Shown piece by piece: positions 1 to 10,040 of a stretch of DNA of 52,483 nt. The notes under the pieces were generated by a model. That model was not told where the DNA came from, ran no database searches, and saw nothing but the letters and a program-made list of their open reading frames with translations. The DNA is taken from positions 1 through 52,483 of the forward strand of contig USEZ01000001.1 of NCBI GenBank assembly GCA_900553775.1, in the 5' to 3' direction. The DNA is from an uncultured Slackia sp. (lineage in GTDB: Bacteria; Actinomycetota; Coriobacteriia; Coriobacteriales; Eggerthellaceae). Position numbers and translations under genes: made by a program. Each line of letters starts with the position of its first letter. Position 1 is the stretch's first letter.

Positions 1-293
1 CGGACGAACGTTTCGGTTTCGGGGTCGATCACGGCGAACAGCTGCACGGCGCGCTCGCCGTGCTTCGACACGCCCGCCATCGAAGCGGCGTTGCACCCTT
101 CCGGAATGCCCGCGCGCTCGAAGCGCCCGGCAAGCTCCACGACACGCGGCGAATACACGCTCATGTCTTCCTCGGGATCGACCTGATAGATGTCTTCGGT
201 GCGGATGATGCGCACCTCTTTGCCGCTTCCCTGGTATTTGCCGGGCTCCGCATCGGAGAAGTCGATGCTCTCGTGGCCTTCGTAATCGTACAT
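1..293 (-). CDS. Partial (runs off window) hypothetical protein, possibly NifU/IscU-like Fe-S scaffold-related
   Basis: ATG at 293 with AGGAGG 6 nt upstream; open frame MYDYEGHESIDF...YSPRVVELAGRFERAG...VQLFAVIDPETETFV to the window edge; weak resemblance to the NifU_N 'YS..V...' start. Confidence 0.45.
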   Translation of the reverse strand, partial: MYDYEGHESIDFSDAEPGKYQGSGKEVRIIRTEDIYQVDPEEDMSVYSPRVVELAGRFERAGIPEGCNAASMAGVSKHGERAVQLFAVIDPETETFV

Positions 294-303
294 GCGCATC
301 CTC

Positions 304-1299
304 CTACATATTGGCGCGGCGCTCGACCGACTCCCATTCGGCCAATGCCTTGGCCTGGGCGTCGCTCAAATAATCCGTGGAATAGAAGTACACGTCGCCG
401 TTCGAAGCGCTGCAGGTTTTGATGTCGGGATACAGGCCCGACTCCTGCACCGTGGAAAACGCCGCTTCAATGCGCTCGTCGGTCATATACACGGGGCGGT
501 TCTTCAACGATGCCGCCTTCATCGGGCGCGGATAGATCTTCGACTCGTGGCGGGCGTTTTCCACCAGCGTGGCCACGTCGTCGTTCTCGGCAGCGAGAAA
601 CGCCCAGCGCGCGAACGAATCGCTCATCTCGGCCGTCGAATACAGATACACCTGCGAGCCTTCGAGCACCGCGATGTCGTCGAGCTCCCATGCGGGCATG
701 AGCGCCTCGGCGTCCTGAGGCGCCTCGACGAACTGCGGCGCCTCGGCGTCTGCCCAGGCGGCTGCGCTGCCCGAGGCGGGGACGGCGGACGCATCGTCTT
801 CGGAAGCGGCGGGAGCCGTCGCGCCCTCGGCCGTCTCGGCCGCGTTCGACGCATCCTGCGAATCGGTCGCCGAAAACGCCTGCTCGGCAGCGGCGCGATC
901 TTCCGAGCGCGCCTGCGCGTCGATGATCGTATCGAACACCAGCGCGGTGAACGCGGAGGGATCCATATGGTCGGGAACCAACCCGACCGATTCCCAATAA
1001 TCGGGCGTCGTCAGCTCGCCCGACCGGGCGCGCAGACGGATATCGTCGAACACCGTTTCGAGCGCGCACCGCTCGAAATGCGCGGCGCGCTCTTCGGGCG
1101 TCATGGCCGCGATGCGCTCCTGCTCGGCGGCCTCGGCCTCGACGGGATCGACCAGATCGGACAGGTCGCGCCCCGCAAGCACCGACGCGAGGAACTCTTC
1201 CTCGGGCGTGCGCTCGCTCGACATGACGGGCGCATCGGCCGCGCATCCGCCTTCTTCCTGCAAGCGGCCGTCGAGGGCCGCATCGCGAAATTCAGCCAT
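304..1299 (-). CDS. YdhW-like putative oxidoreductase-system protein with acidic N-terminal extension
   Basis: AGGAG RBS before ATG 1299; C-terminal YLYST...ESKIYPRP...YPDI...YFYS..YLS...A.ALAEW..VE...N pattern recalls E. coli YdhW. Confidence 0.6.
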   Translation of the reverse strand: MAEFRDAALDGRLQEEGGCAADAPVMSSERTPEEEFLASVLAGRDLSDLVDPVEAEAAEQERIAAMTPEERAAHFERCALETVFDDIRLRARSGELTTPDYWESVGLVPDHMDPSAFTALVFDTIIDAQARSEDRAAAEQAFSATDSQDASNAAETAEGATAPAASEDDASAVPASGSAAAWADAEAPQFVEAPQDAEALMPAWELDDIAVLEGSQVYLYSTAEMSDSFARWAFLAAENDDVATLVENARHESKIYPRPMKAASLKNRPVYMTDERIEAAFSTVQESGLYPDIKTCSASNGDVYFYSTDYLSDAQAKALAEWESVERRANM

Positions 1300-1536
1300 A
1301 GCTCTCCTATCGAATATCGGACGGGAGCCATCCTGCCACGAACGAAAGACGCACGTGTACCCTCTTTCGGGATAACTTGCCATTTTCCCCGTTCAGGACC
1401 AGAAAGCCTTTTCCCTTGCCGGATGCGGCGCAAAACGCAAGCCCGCCCCTCGGCACGCCGCGGTGCGCGGAAGCCTTCTCCTTGAACAGGGCGAAGACGA
1501 TATAATGGACGCTTCATGGCAGGAGGGGGCCTTTTC

Positions 1537-3060
1537 ATGACGCGACTTGAAGCCGCTCGACGCACGACGTCCACCATCGCCAGGGCCGCACGGCTTCTGG
1601 CGCCCACGGTGCTCGGCCTTATGTGCGCCCGCGTATGTTTGATCGTGGCGACATACGGAAGCTACGCCAGCACCGACGCAGGCGTGTTCACCGACGGCAG
1701 CAGCCTTGCGGCCATGGTGCCCCTGGTGCTGCTCATGATCTATCTGGGGAAAACCCGCAAACGCCTTTCGAAACGGGCCGTCTTCATCGCGACGAACGCA
1801 GGCATCGCGGTGCAGGCCGTATCGGTCGTCGTGCTCGGCATCGTCGTTTTGGCGCCCGGCGCTTCGACGGGCATCGAAATCGCCCTGTCGAGCATCGCCA
1901 CGCTGGCGAGCTGGATCGCCATCTTCTATTGGCTGCGCCGCGCGCGCGGAACCTCGTCGTCGACCGCGGCGGCGATCGCGTTCGGCGCGCTGCTGCTCAG
2001 CGAGCCTTTCATCTATATAGCGTCGCTTCTTCCGCGCGGCATCGCCTGCATCGCGGCGGGCGCAGCCGCCTGTCTGCAGTTTTTCTTCCGGACCAAAGCG
2101 CGCACGAGGCCTCTTCCCGAAAAAGCGCACGCCGACAAGATGCCCCTCGGCTATTTCGGCTTCGCGCAGCGCACGCAGGACGGCGTGCGCGTCTTGGGAA
2201 TCCTGGCCTTCGGCATGTTCATCCTGTCGATAGCCGTGGGCGCATTGCGCGGCTTCCCCGACGGACAGGCCGTCCCCTTCGCCCCGGCGACGCGCATCGG
2301 ATACATGCTGATCGTCATGGCGTTTTTCGCGGTGCTGATCTGGCAGTCGTTTCGCGAATCGCGCAGCATCATGTCCACCACGATATGGCTCGCCCTCGAA
2401 ATGTTCGGCATCTTCGCCGTGGCGGCCTATGCCGCATTTCCCGAAAACCCCGACGTCGGAGCCATGTTCACCACCGTGCTCAACGCGGGCATGACGGGCT
2501 TCATGTGGTATCTGGTCATCGCGTTTTCGAGCTACGGCAAGCGCGACCCTTACTATTACGCGGCGGCGGGATGGTCGGTCTATATCCTGCCGCGCGCCCT
2601 CGCCCGCGCGGCCGTCGTGACCATCGCCCCGTATGCGGAAAGCGGCGCGCTGCAAACCGCCATCGTGGCGGGGCTGATCCTGGCGAGCGCGCAGATCGTG
2701 TTCATCCAGCTGATCTGGGTGGAGCACGGCGCGACGTCTCAGGCGGAAAACGCCACGCCCAAAAGCATTCGGACGCTGCTCGGTCTTGACGATATCGACG
2801 ACGTGCCCGACGACCCCGAGAGCATCCGGCGCGCGCTCATGCAAAACGACGTGAAGCGGCTGCAAGAGCAGTTCATGCTGTCCGACCGCGAAACCGAGGT
2901 GGTCACGCTTTACGCCCTGGGGCTCACGCAGCGCAAGATAGCCGAGGAGCTCTGCATATCGCCCGGCACCGCCCACACCCACATCAAGCGCATCTACGCG
3001 AAAACCGACCTGCATTCGCGCCAGGAAATCCTGGACTACATCGAAAGCTACGTCCGCTGA
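1537..3060 (+). CDS. Multi-pass transmembrane LuxR-family one-component transcriptional regulator
   Basis: Many hydrophobic segments followed by LuxR HTH LSDRETEV...GLTQRKIAEELCISPGTAHTHIKRIYAK; GGAGG RBS before ATG 1537 (alternative start 1516). Confidence 0.85.
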   Translation: MTRLEAARRTTSTIARAARLLAPTVLGLMCARVCLIVATYGSYASTDAGVFTDGSSLAAMVPLVLLMIYLGKTRKRLSKRAVFIATNAGIAVQAVSVVVLGIVVLAPGASTGIEIALSSIATLASWIAIFYWLRRARGTSSSTAAAIAFGALLLSEPFIYIASLLPRGIACIAAGAAACLQFFFRTKARTRPLPEKAHADKMPLGYFGFAQRTQDGVRVLGILAFGMFILSIAVGALRGFPDGQAVPFAPATRIGYMLIVMAFFAVLIWQSFRESRSIMSTTIWLALEMFGIFAVAAYAAFPENPDVGAMFTTVLNAGMTGFMWYLVIAFSSYGKRDPYYYAAAGWSVYILPRALARAAVVTIAPYAESGALQTAIVAGLILASAQIVFIQLIWVEHGATSQAENATPKSIRTLLGLDDIDDVPDDPESIRRALMQNDVKRLQEQFMLSDRETEVVTLYALGLTQRKIAEELCISPGTAHTHIKRIYAKTDLHSRQEILDYIESYVR

Positions 3061-3152
3061 CCGCGCGCGAACAGGGCGGGCGCCCCTTGCGACGAAGGCA
3101 TGCCGCCGCGAATGCTCGCTGCGCAATCGCGACACGAGACCATAATGAAATC

Positions 3153-3188
3153 GGCCCCCGTTATCACCCATCGGTGATAACGGGGGCC
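3153..3188. repeat. Perfect 16-bp inverted repeat GGCCCCCGTTATCACC-N4-GGTGATAACGGGGGCC between convergent genes
   Basis: Seen directly; probable terminator or REP-like hairpin. Confidence 0.6.
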
Positions 3189-3230
3189 TTGCCTTATCGT
3201 GCGACGGCGATACGCCGCCACAGACGCACG

Positions 3231-3254
3231 AAGGCCGCCTGCTCAGGCGGCCTT
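3231..3254 (-). terminator. Hairpin downstream of the ferredoxin gene
   Basis: AAGGCCGCCT-gctc-AGGCGGCCTT. Confidence 0.55.
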
Positions 3255-3284
3255 CGACTTCGTTTCGGCAGATGCGAAAAGGCG

Positions 3285-3473
3285 TTAGTCCTCGACGATC
3301 TCGGTGATGCAGCCCATGGGGCACTCTTCGACGCAGTCGCCGCATGCGATGCAGGCGTCTTCGTTCTCGATCACCACAACGCCGCCGGCAATCTCAAGAA
3401 CGCCCTGAGGACATGCGTCCACGCAGATGCCGCAGCCGATGCATTCGTCGGTTTCAAGTACGGGATGAGGCAT
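3285..3473 (-). CDS. 2[4Fe-4S] ferredoxin
   Basis: Two CxxCxxCxxxCP motifs (CIGCGICVDACP, CIACGDCVEECP); AAGGAG RBS. Confidence 0.95.
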   Translation of the reverse strand: MPHPVLETDECIGCGICVDACPQGVLEIAGGVVVIENEDACIACGDCVEECPMGCITEIVED

Positions 3474-3815
3474 GACAGACTCCTTTTTCCATTGACACAT
3501 CGGCGCTCGCACGAATGCGAGCCCCTATCACCTGCACGCAAGATACCATTGGACGGCCGGTTTTCAAGAAGAATTTCGTAATTGATGCCGAACGGCATCC
3601 AAATCATCGCGCGCGAATTCATGGAAAGAAACTATGGTTAGGCGCAGGCGGATGCTGGCTGCGATCGGTAGACGCCCGCGCTCCGAAGGATTAGAAAAGG
3701 CGCTAGGGACGATTGCGGGATCAAGGTTTCTATGGGATACTGAACGTTACCGAAAAAGCAAGCGTCGCACTTCGACGCGCCCTCGAACGCCGCACGACGA
3801 AAGGACATCCGCCCC

Positions 3816-4181
3816 ATGGCAACGAAGCTTTCTCGCACCGCCTGTCCTGTCGAGGCGACGCTTTCCCTCATCTCCGACAAATGGAAGATCCTCATCCTGC
3901 GCGACCTGCTCACGGGCACGAAGCGATTCGGCGAGCTGAAGAAATCGATCGGCAGCATTTCTCAGAAGGTGCTCACGTCGAATCTGCGCGCCATGGAAGA
4001 CGACGGGCTGATCGTGCGCCAAGTGTACGCCGAGGTGCCGCCGCGCGTGGAATACACGCTCACCGACCGCGGCGAAAGCCTGCGCCCGATCATCGACGCC
4101 ATGCGCGCCTGGGGCGAAGAGCACCAGGCCGAACTCGCGGCCGAAGAAGCCGCGAAAGCGGCGGATGAAGCCTCTCGATAG
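3816..4181 (+). CDS. HxlR-family winged-helix transcriptional regulator
   Basis: CPVEATLSLISDKWKILIL...RFGELKKSI..ISQKVLTSNLR..E.DGLI.R.VYAEVPPRVEYTLT. Confidence 0.92.
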   Translation: MATKLSRTACPVEATLSLISDKWKILILRDLLTGTKRFGELKKSIGSISQKVLTSNLRAMEDDGLIVRQVYAEVPPRVEYTLTDRGESLRPIIDAMRAWGEEHQAELAAEEAAKAADEASR

Positions 4182-4229
4182 ACGACGCCGACCCGCAGGG
4201 CGACATGCCGCCCGCCGCATACGCCATGC

Positions 4230-4796
4230 TTATTTCAGCCAGCCGGCGCTTTTGCGCATGGCTTTAAGCAGCGCCCAGTCGCGCTGTTTCATGCGCGGAT
4301 CGGCCAAATCGCGCTGAAACGACGAGAACGCCGCATACGGGCGCCCGAACGCGAATCCGTGGGAATCCGGCGCGATGGATTCGCGATACGCCTCCGTCAA
4401 ACGCCGAGCGGCGGAGGCGTCGGCAACCACCAGAATCAACGGATCGAGCGCTTCGACGGCGGCGAACAAGTCTTTCGCGAGGTCGCGCGCCGCATCGCAG
4501 GCCGCGCCGTCGGCGGCACGAAGACCCTCTTGCGGCGCGTCCGCCCGACCTGCCGCCGCATGGCCGCGCGCGCATTCTGCCGCATCATCGCAGGCCGCCC
4601 CTGCATTTTCCCCAAGAGCCGCCGCGTCGAGAAACGACGGGTCGGGAAGTCCTATCCCCTTGCACGCCGCCCGAAACGCCGCATACGCCTCATCGGCAAG
4701 CGCATCGGCGAACACGACGCATGCCGCCGCATCGACCGAACCGTCGATGGCGAAGGCGTACGGATTCAACGCCCGCGCCTTCGCTTCTGCGTACAT
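4230..4796 (-). CDS. Hypothetical protein
   Basis: Open frame from MYAEAKARAL; host-like GC; no family recognised; start uncertain. Confidence 0.55.
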   Translation of the reverse strand: MYAEAKARALNPYAFAIDGSVDAAACVVFADALADEAYAAFRAACKGIGLPDPSFLDAAALGENAGAACDDAAECARGHAAAGRADAPQEGLRAADGAACDAARDLAKDLFAAVEALDPLILVVADASAARRLTEAYRESIAPDSHGFAFGRPYAAFSSFQRDLADPRMKQRDWALLKAMRKSAGWLK

Positions 4797-5011
4797 GTTG
4801 TTATTTTCGCCTGGTTTTTTCACACCATTCCTCGAACGAGCCGACATGCCACCATTTCTATAGCAATAATAGAGAAAGCACGCGGGCATCTCCAGAGCCT
4901 AGGCAGCCATCCGCCGCATGACGCAGCGAACGGCATGCCCGACCCCGCGCCATCGGCACTCGCATGCATACGGCATGACCCGTGCTCCACGTTATTGAAA
5001 GGAGTCGCGCT

Positions 5012-5266
5012 ATGTGCACGAACGGAATCAACACCTCGCAATTCGAGCAGATGATCGACCAGATCGACGACCATGTGAAGCTGGAGCGCCGATGGGTCCA
5101 CAACCTGGGCCATCAGGCGCAAGACGCCGGCTACGAAACCGTAGGCGCCAAACTCCATGAAGCCATGGCGCAGCTCGACGCCGTGCGCGCCCTGCTCGAC
5201 GACGCCAAAGACGCGCTCGAAGACGATGCGCGCGATGCCAGCGGCGTCACCGTGAAACTGGTGTAG
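5012..5266 (+). CDS. Small helical His-containing protein co-transcribed with nikR
   Basis: AAAGGAG RBS; 84 aa MCTNGINT...DDHVKLERRWVHNLGH...KLHE; stop 3 nt before nikR. Confidence 0.75.
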   Translation: MCTNGINTSQFEQMIDQIDDHVKLERRWVHNLGHQAQDAGYETVGAKLHEAMAQLDAVRALLDDAKDALEDDARDASGVTVKLV

Positions 5267-5269
5267 CGC

Positions 5270-5782
5270 ATGAGCCGCGACCTCATGCGCTTCTCGGTGG
5301 CGATGCCCGAAGACCTGCTCATGCGCTTCGACGCCCTGGTGGCCAAGCGCGGGCTGGCGAAAAACCGCAGCGAAGTCGTACGCGACCTGGTACGCGAGGC
5401 GCTGGCGGAGGAAGATTGCGCACTGCCCGGAGAAGAGGTCATGGGAACGCTCACCATCGTGTTCGACCATCACGCCGGCGACGTGCGCGACAAGCTCGAC
5501 ACCATCCAGCACGAGTTCTACGAGCAGATCGTCACCTGCCTGCACGTGCATCTCGACGCGCATACCTGCATGGAGGTGGTCATCCTGCGCGGCGAAAGCG
5601 CCCTGGTGCAATCGATTTCCAACATCATCCTCGGCACCAAAGGCGTCACGCACGGGCATCTCACCATGACCACCACGGGGCACGGCCCCTACCATGCCGC
5701 CGAAGACGAACGGGCCGCGCGAACATGGGCGCACGAGCATCCCCATACGCCCGCGAGCTCGGCCGTCTACCCCGTACGCTGA
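5270..5782 (+). CDS. nikR: Nickel-responsive regulator NikR
   Basis: RHH N-terminus RFSVAMP...NRSEVVRDL; FDHH and HVHLDAHTCMEV Ni-binding motifs. Confidence 0.93.
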   Translation: MSRDLMRFSVAMPEDLLMRFDALVAKRGLAKNRSEVVRDLVREALAEEDCALPGEEVMGTLTIVFDHHAGDVRDKLDTIQHEFYEQIVTCLHVHLDAHTCMEVVILRGESALVQSISNIILGTKGVTHGHLTMTTTGHGPYHAAEDERAARTWAHEHPHTPASSAVYPVR

Positions 5783-5907
5783 CGAAACGAAGGCGCGATG
5801 CCCGCGCAACCGACGCAGGAGGCCGCCCGGGCATCGCACGGCAAAACGCGCGCGGCCTGACGCCGAAGCGGCCGCGCGCCGACGATATGCAGACAAACAG
5901 GAGAACC

Positions 5908-8376
5908 ATGAGAGAAGCCCTTGATATAGAAGTGCACGGAATCGTGCAGGGCGTGGGGTTTCGGCCCTTCGTCTACAAAGCCGCCCGCCGGCACCTGATC
6001 GACGGCTGGGTGCTCAACGCCACGGCGGGGGTGTTCATCCATGCCGAAGGCGAATCGAAAGACATCGACGATTTCGTGATGGAAATCTCCGATAACGCGC
6101 CGGCGGCCGCGCGCGTCGACGAGATTCTCATGAAAGAAGTGCCCCTGGCCGGCTTCGACGGATTCACCATCCGCTATTCCGACGAAGCCGCCGCGACGGC
6201 CACCACGCTTGTGTCGCCCGATCTGGCCACCTGCCCCGAATGCGCCGCCGAGCTGTTCGACCCCGCGAACCGCCGCTTCCACTACCCCTTCATCAACTGC
6301 ACCAACTGCGGGCCGCGCTTCACGATCATCGACAAGCTGCCCTACGACCGCAAGCACACGTCCATGGCGCGATTCCCCATGTGCGAGCAGTGCGCAGACG
6401 AATACGGCGATCCCGAAGACCGCCGCTTCCACGCCCAGCCCGACGCCTGCTTCGAATGCGGGCCCCATCTGACATGGCGCACGGCCGACCGCGCGCTTTC
6501 CGCCGAAGACGACCTCGCGCGCCATCGCTGCTCCGAAGAGGCGGGCGAAACGCATGACATCGCAGGCACGCCGCGCGTCGGGCGCGACGCGGAAGCGTCC
6601 GACGCCATCATCGACGCCGCCGTCGAGCTGTTGAGGCGCGGAGGCATCGTGGCCGTCAAAGGGCTTGGCGGGTTCCATCTCGCCTGCGACGCGCGCAACG
6701 CCGACGCCCTCGCTGCACTGCGCGCGCGCAAGCGCCGCCCGACGAAGCCTTTCGCCGTGATGTACCCGACGCTTGAGGCGCTGCGCGAGGAATGCCTGGT
6801 CGGCGAAGCGGAAGAACGCCTACTCGCCGGCATGCAGCGCCCCATCGTGCTGCTGAAGAAAAAACCCGGTGCGCGCATCGCGGCGGGCTTGGCCGACGGG
6901 CTTTCCGAGCTCGGCGCCATGCTGCCCTATACGCCGTTGCAGCATCTGCTGCTCGCCGCATTCGGCGGGCCTTTGGTCATGACCTCGGGCAATCTGCATA
7001 ACGAGCCCATCCAGACCGACGACGATGAAGCCTTCGTCGCCCTGCACGGCGTCGCCGACGCCTTCGTGGGCAACAACCGCCCCATCCGCTGCCGCTTCGA
7101 CGACTCGGTCGTGCGCGTCGTCCGCGCAGGCAGCGAGGGAGAGGCGGTCCAGACCGTGCGCCGCGCCCGCGGATTCGCCCCTATGCCCGTCGCCGTGGAC
7201 ATCGACGGAGAAACCACCCTCGCCGACGGTTCTGCACGCGCGGTGCTTGCCGCCGGCTCCGAACAGAAGAACACCTTCTGCCTGCTGCGCGGAACCGACG
7301 CGTTCGTCAGCCAGCATATCGGCGACATGGAAAACGCCGCCACCTACGACGCCTGGCTCGAAGCGATCGGCCGCTTCGAGGCGCTCTTCGAGGCGAAGCC
7401 TGCCGCCGTGGCATGCGACATGCATCCCGAATATCTGGCAAGCAAATGGGCCGCCGAGCAGGCGTCGGCCGGACTGCCGCTGCACAAGGTGCAGCATCAC
7501 CACGCGCATATCGCCGCCGTCATGGGCGAGAACGCGCTCGACGAAGCCGTAATCGGCGTGGCCTTCGACGGCACGGGCTACGGCGTGGACGGCGCCATCT
7601 GGGGCGGAGAGGTCATGCTGTGCAACCGCACCGACTTCGAGCGCTTCGCGAACTTCTCCTACGTTCCCATGCCGGGCGGCGCGGCGGCGATCAAGCATCC
7701 GCTGCGTATGGCCTACGGCGTGCTGTGGCAGTACGACCTGCTCGAACATCCCGCGGCGGCCGCGGCGCTTTCCGCCTTGGGAGAAGAGGCCCAGACCTGC
7801 GACCGCATGATCGAGCGCGGCCTGAACTGCCCGATGACCTCGAGCGCAGGACGTCTGCTTGATGCGGCGAGCGCGCTTTTGGGCATTTGCACCGAGCCCT
7901 CGTACGAAGGCGAGGCCGCCGTGCTTCTGGAAGCCGCCTGCGACGGCGTGGGCTGCGACGAAAGCTACGAGATAGCCCTGGTGAAAAACACCGCGCTCGA
8001 AACCAGCACCGCGCACGACACGAGCGTCGTGCTGCTCGACGCCGAGCCGCTGTTCCAAGCGCTGCTCGACGATATGGCGGCGGGCGTGGAAACGGGCGTC
8101 ATGGCCGCGAAGGTTCACAACGCCTTCGTGGGCGCGATCGCGCAGACGTGCCTGGTAGCCAACGCCGCCTACGGCATCGCCACGGTGGCACTCGGCGGCG
8201 GCGTATTCATGAACCGCCGCATCGTCGAAGGCGCCGCAGCCGCGCTGGAATCGGCCGGATTCACCGTTGCCTTGAGCAAGGAGCTTCCGCCCAACGACGG
8301 CGCCGTCTCCTACGGCCAAGCCGTCGTGGCGGCGGCGCGCATCGCGGCGGAAGATGCGAGAGGCGACCGTCGCTGA
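5908..8376 (+). CDS. hypF: [NiFe]-hydrogenase carbamoyltransferase HypF
   Basis: GIVQGVGFRPF acylphosphatase domain, CxxC zinc fingers, KGLGGFHLAC, QHHHAH, DGTGYG, PPNDG; AGGAGA RBS before ATG 5908. Confidence 0.97.
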   Translation: MREALDIEVHGIVQGVGFRPFVYKAARRHLIDGWVLNATAGVFIHAEGESKDIDDFVMEISDNAPAAARVDEILMKEVPLAGFDGFTIRYSDEAAATATTLVSPDLATCPECAAELFDPANRRFHYPFINCTNCGPRFTIIDKLPYDRKHTSMARFPMCEQCADEYGDPEDRRFHAQPDACFECGPHLTWRTADRALSAEDDLARHRCSEEAGETHDIAGTPRVGRDAEASDAIIDAAVELLRRGGIVAVKGLGGFHLACDARNADALAALRARKRRPTKPFAVMYPTLEALREECLVGEAEERLLAGMQRPIVLLKKKPGARIAAGLADGLSELGAMLPYTPLQHLLLAAFGGPLVMTSGNLHNEPIQTDDDEAFVALHGVADAFVGNNRPIRCRFDDSVVRVVRAGSEGEAVQTVRRARGFAPMPVAVDIDGETTLADGSARAVLAAGSEQKNTFCLLRGTDAFVSQHIGDMENAATYDAWLEAIGRFEALFEAKPAAVACDMHPEYLASKWAAEQASAGLPLHKVQHHHAHIAAVMGENALDEAVIGVAFDGTGYGVDGAIWGGEVMLCNRTDFERFANFSYVPMPGGAAAIKHPLRMAYGVLWQYDLLEHPAAAAALSALGEEAQTCDRMIERGLNCPMTSSAGRLLDAASALLGICTEPSYEGEAAVLLEAACDGVGCDESYEIALVKNTALETSTAHDTSVVLLDAEPLFQALLDDMAAGVETGVMAAKVHNAFVGAIAQTCLVANAAYGIATVALGGGVFMNRRIVEGAAAALESAGFTVALSKELPPNDGAVSYGQAVVAAARIAAEDARGDRR

Positions 8377-8545
8377 ATCGTTCGGGCGAGCCGCTTTCCC
8401 GATGGATAAAGCCAGGTTCGCCCGATTGCAAACGCCCCATTCGCGGAAAGCCTTTCACGGACGGGGCGGACGGGGCGGCGTTTCGCGAATAAGCCGCCGG
8501 CCGGAACAAGAACGAATATCGGAATGCACGTCGGAAAGGACGCAT

Positions 8546-8782
8546 ATGTGCTTGGCAATACCCGCTAGAATCGCTGCGGTCGACGAGGACAACCTTGCCA
8601 CCGTGGATATCCTGGGCGTCACGCGCCGGGTTTCGATCGACCTGACTCCGCAGGCGGGCGTGGGCGATTACGTGCTCGTGCACGCAGGCTTCGCCATCGA
8701 GGTGGTCGACGAACAGCAAGCCCAGGAAACGCTCGATTTGATCAGGGAGTTCCCCGATCTTGCCGACATAGAGACGGCATAG
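8546..8782 (+). CDS. hypC: Hydrogenase chaperone HypC
   Basis: MCLAIPARI...GDYVLVHAGFA. Confidence 0.97.
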   Translation: MCLAIPARIAAVDEDNLATVDILGVTRRVSIDLTPQAGVGDYVLVHAGFAIEVVDEQQAQETLDLIREFPDLADIETA

Positions 8783-8786
8783 CGCC

Positions 8787-9866
8787 ATGGTGGACCAGAA
8801 CAGCTTCAAAAACCCCGAGCTCGCGCGCGGGCTTATCGAAAGCATCCGCGCCCTTGCGCCGGAGCATGCCACGCTCATGGAAGTATGCGGAACCCACACC
8901 GTAGCCATCGCGCGCAACGGCATCCGCGACCTCATGCCGCAGGGATGCCGCCTGGCCAGCGGCCCGGGATGCCCGGTATGCGTCACCGCGAATCGCGATA
9001 TCGACGCGGCCATCGCGCTCGCCCGGGTGGAAAACGTCATCCTTACCACCTTCGGCGACATGACGCGCGTGCCCGGAAGCTCGTCGTCTTTGCTGAAGGA
9101 ACAGGCGGCGGGGCGCGACGTGCGCATCGTGTATTCGCCGCTCGACGCGCTTGCCATCGCTAAGGAAAACCCCGAACGCGAGGTGGTCTTCGTGGGCGTC
9201 GGCTTCGAGACCACCACCCCGCTTGTGGCCATGGCGGTCAAGCGCGCGGCGGCCATGCATCTGGACAATTTCAGCGTGTACGCGGCGCACAAGAACATGC
9301 CGGGCGCGCTCGACGTGCTGATGGGCGACCCCGAACTCAAGGTGGACGCGCTCATTCTGCCCGGCCACGTGAGCACGATCATCGGCGTGGAACCGTACCG
9401 CTTCTTGGCCGAAAAGCACGGCATCCCCGGCGTAATCACCGGGTTCGAGCCGCTCGACGTGCTGCAGGGCATCGCCATGCTGATGCGCCAGCTGCATGAA
9501 GGACGCGCGGAAATAGAGAACGCCTACGCGCGCGGCGTGATGCCCGAAGGAAACCCCGTGGCGCTGGCCGCGATCGACGATGTGTTCGAAACCTGCACCG
9601 CCACCTGGCGCGGATTGGGCCCGATCGAAGGCAGCGGATACCGCATCCGCGAGCGCTACGCGCGCTTCGATGCGCTGCGCCGATTCGAACCCGCGATAGA
9701 AACCACCCGCGAGCCGCGCGGATGCCGCTGCGGAGACGTGCTGCGCGGCATCATGGCGCCGAACGAGTGCCCGCTCTTCCGCACGGTGTGCAGCCCCGAG
9801 AATCCGGTGGGGCCGTGCATGGTGAGCTCGGAAGGATCGTGCGCGGCGTATTTCCGGTACTACTGA
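8787..9866 (+). CDS. hypD: Hydrogenase maturation protein HypD
   Basis: MEVCGTHT, GPGCPVCV, GFETT, PGHVS, GPCMVSSEGSCAAY. Confidence 0.98.
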   Translation: MVDQNSFKNPELARGLIESIRALAPEHATLMEVCGTHTVAIARNGIRDLMPQGCRLASGPGCPVCVTANRDIDAAIALARVENVILTTFGDMTRVPGSSSSLLKEQAAGRDVRIVYSPLDALAIAKENPEREVVFVGVGFETTTPLVAMAVKRAAAMHLDNFSVYAAHKNMPGALDVLMGDPELKVDALILPGHVSTIIGVEPYRFLAEKHGIPGVITGFEPLDVLQGIAMLMRQLHEGRAEIENAYARGVMPEGNPVALAAIDDVFETCTATWRGLGPIEGSGYRIRERYARFDALRRFEPAIETTREPRGCRCGDVLRGIMAPNECPLFRTVCSPENPVGPCMVSSEGSCAAYFRYY

Positions 9867-9895
9867 TCCTACTTGCTTGGCGCGAGCACTTGGGA

Positions 9896-10040
9896 CGACC
9901 TGCAGGTTCGATGAAAGGGGCGGAAAGGTCCGTGCTCGGGCAGTCCTGAACTCGCTCAATCGCCCCACAGGGGCGGTCGGCTCGTGCGGAACTGCGCGCG
10001 GACCTTTCCGCCCCTCTTGCGATATAGGCCGACCTGCAGG
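9896..10040. repeat. Large nested inverted repeat (MITE/REP-like or structured RNA) at the left edge of the hypD-hypE insert
   Basis: 17-bp perfect arms 9916-9932 / 9999-10015, an inner hairpin, and CGACCTGCAGG at both 9896 and 10030. Confidence 0.55.

Noticed and set aside
3162..3179. Resemblance of TATCACC-N4-GGTGATA to lambda operators
   Set aside because: Spacing differs, it is the core of a longer hairpin between convergent genes, and no phage genes are nearby.
4853..4880. Possible NikR operator in the AT-rich patch upstream of the nikR operon
   Set aside because: Only an imperfect palindrome that does not match a NikR consensus I can state with confidence.
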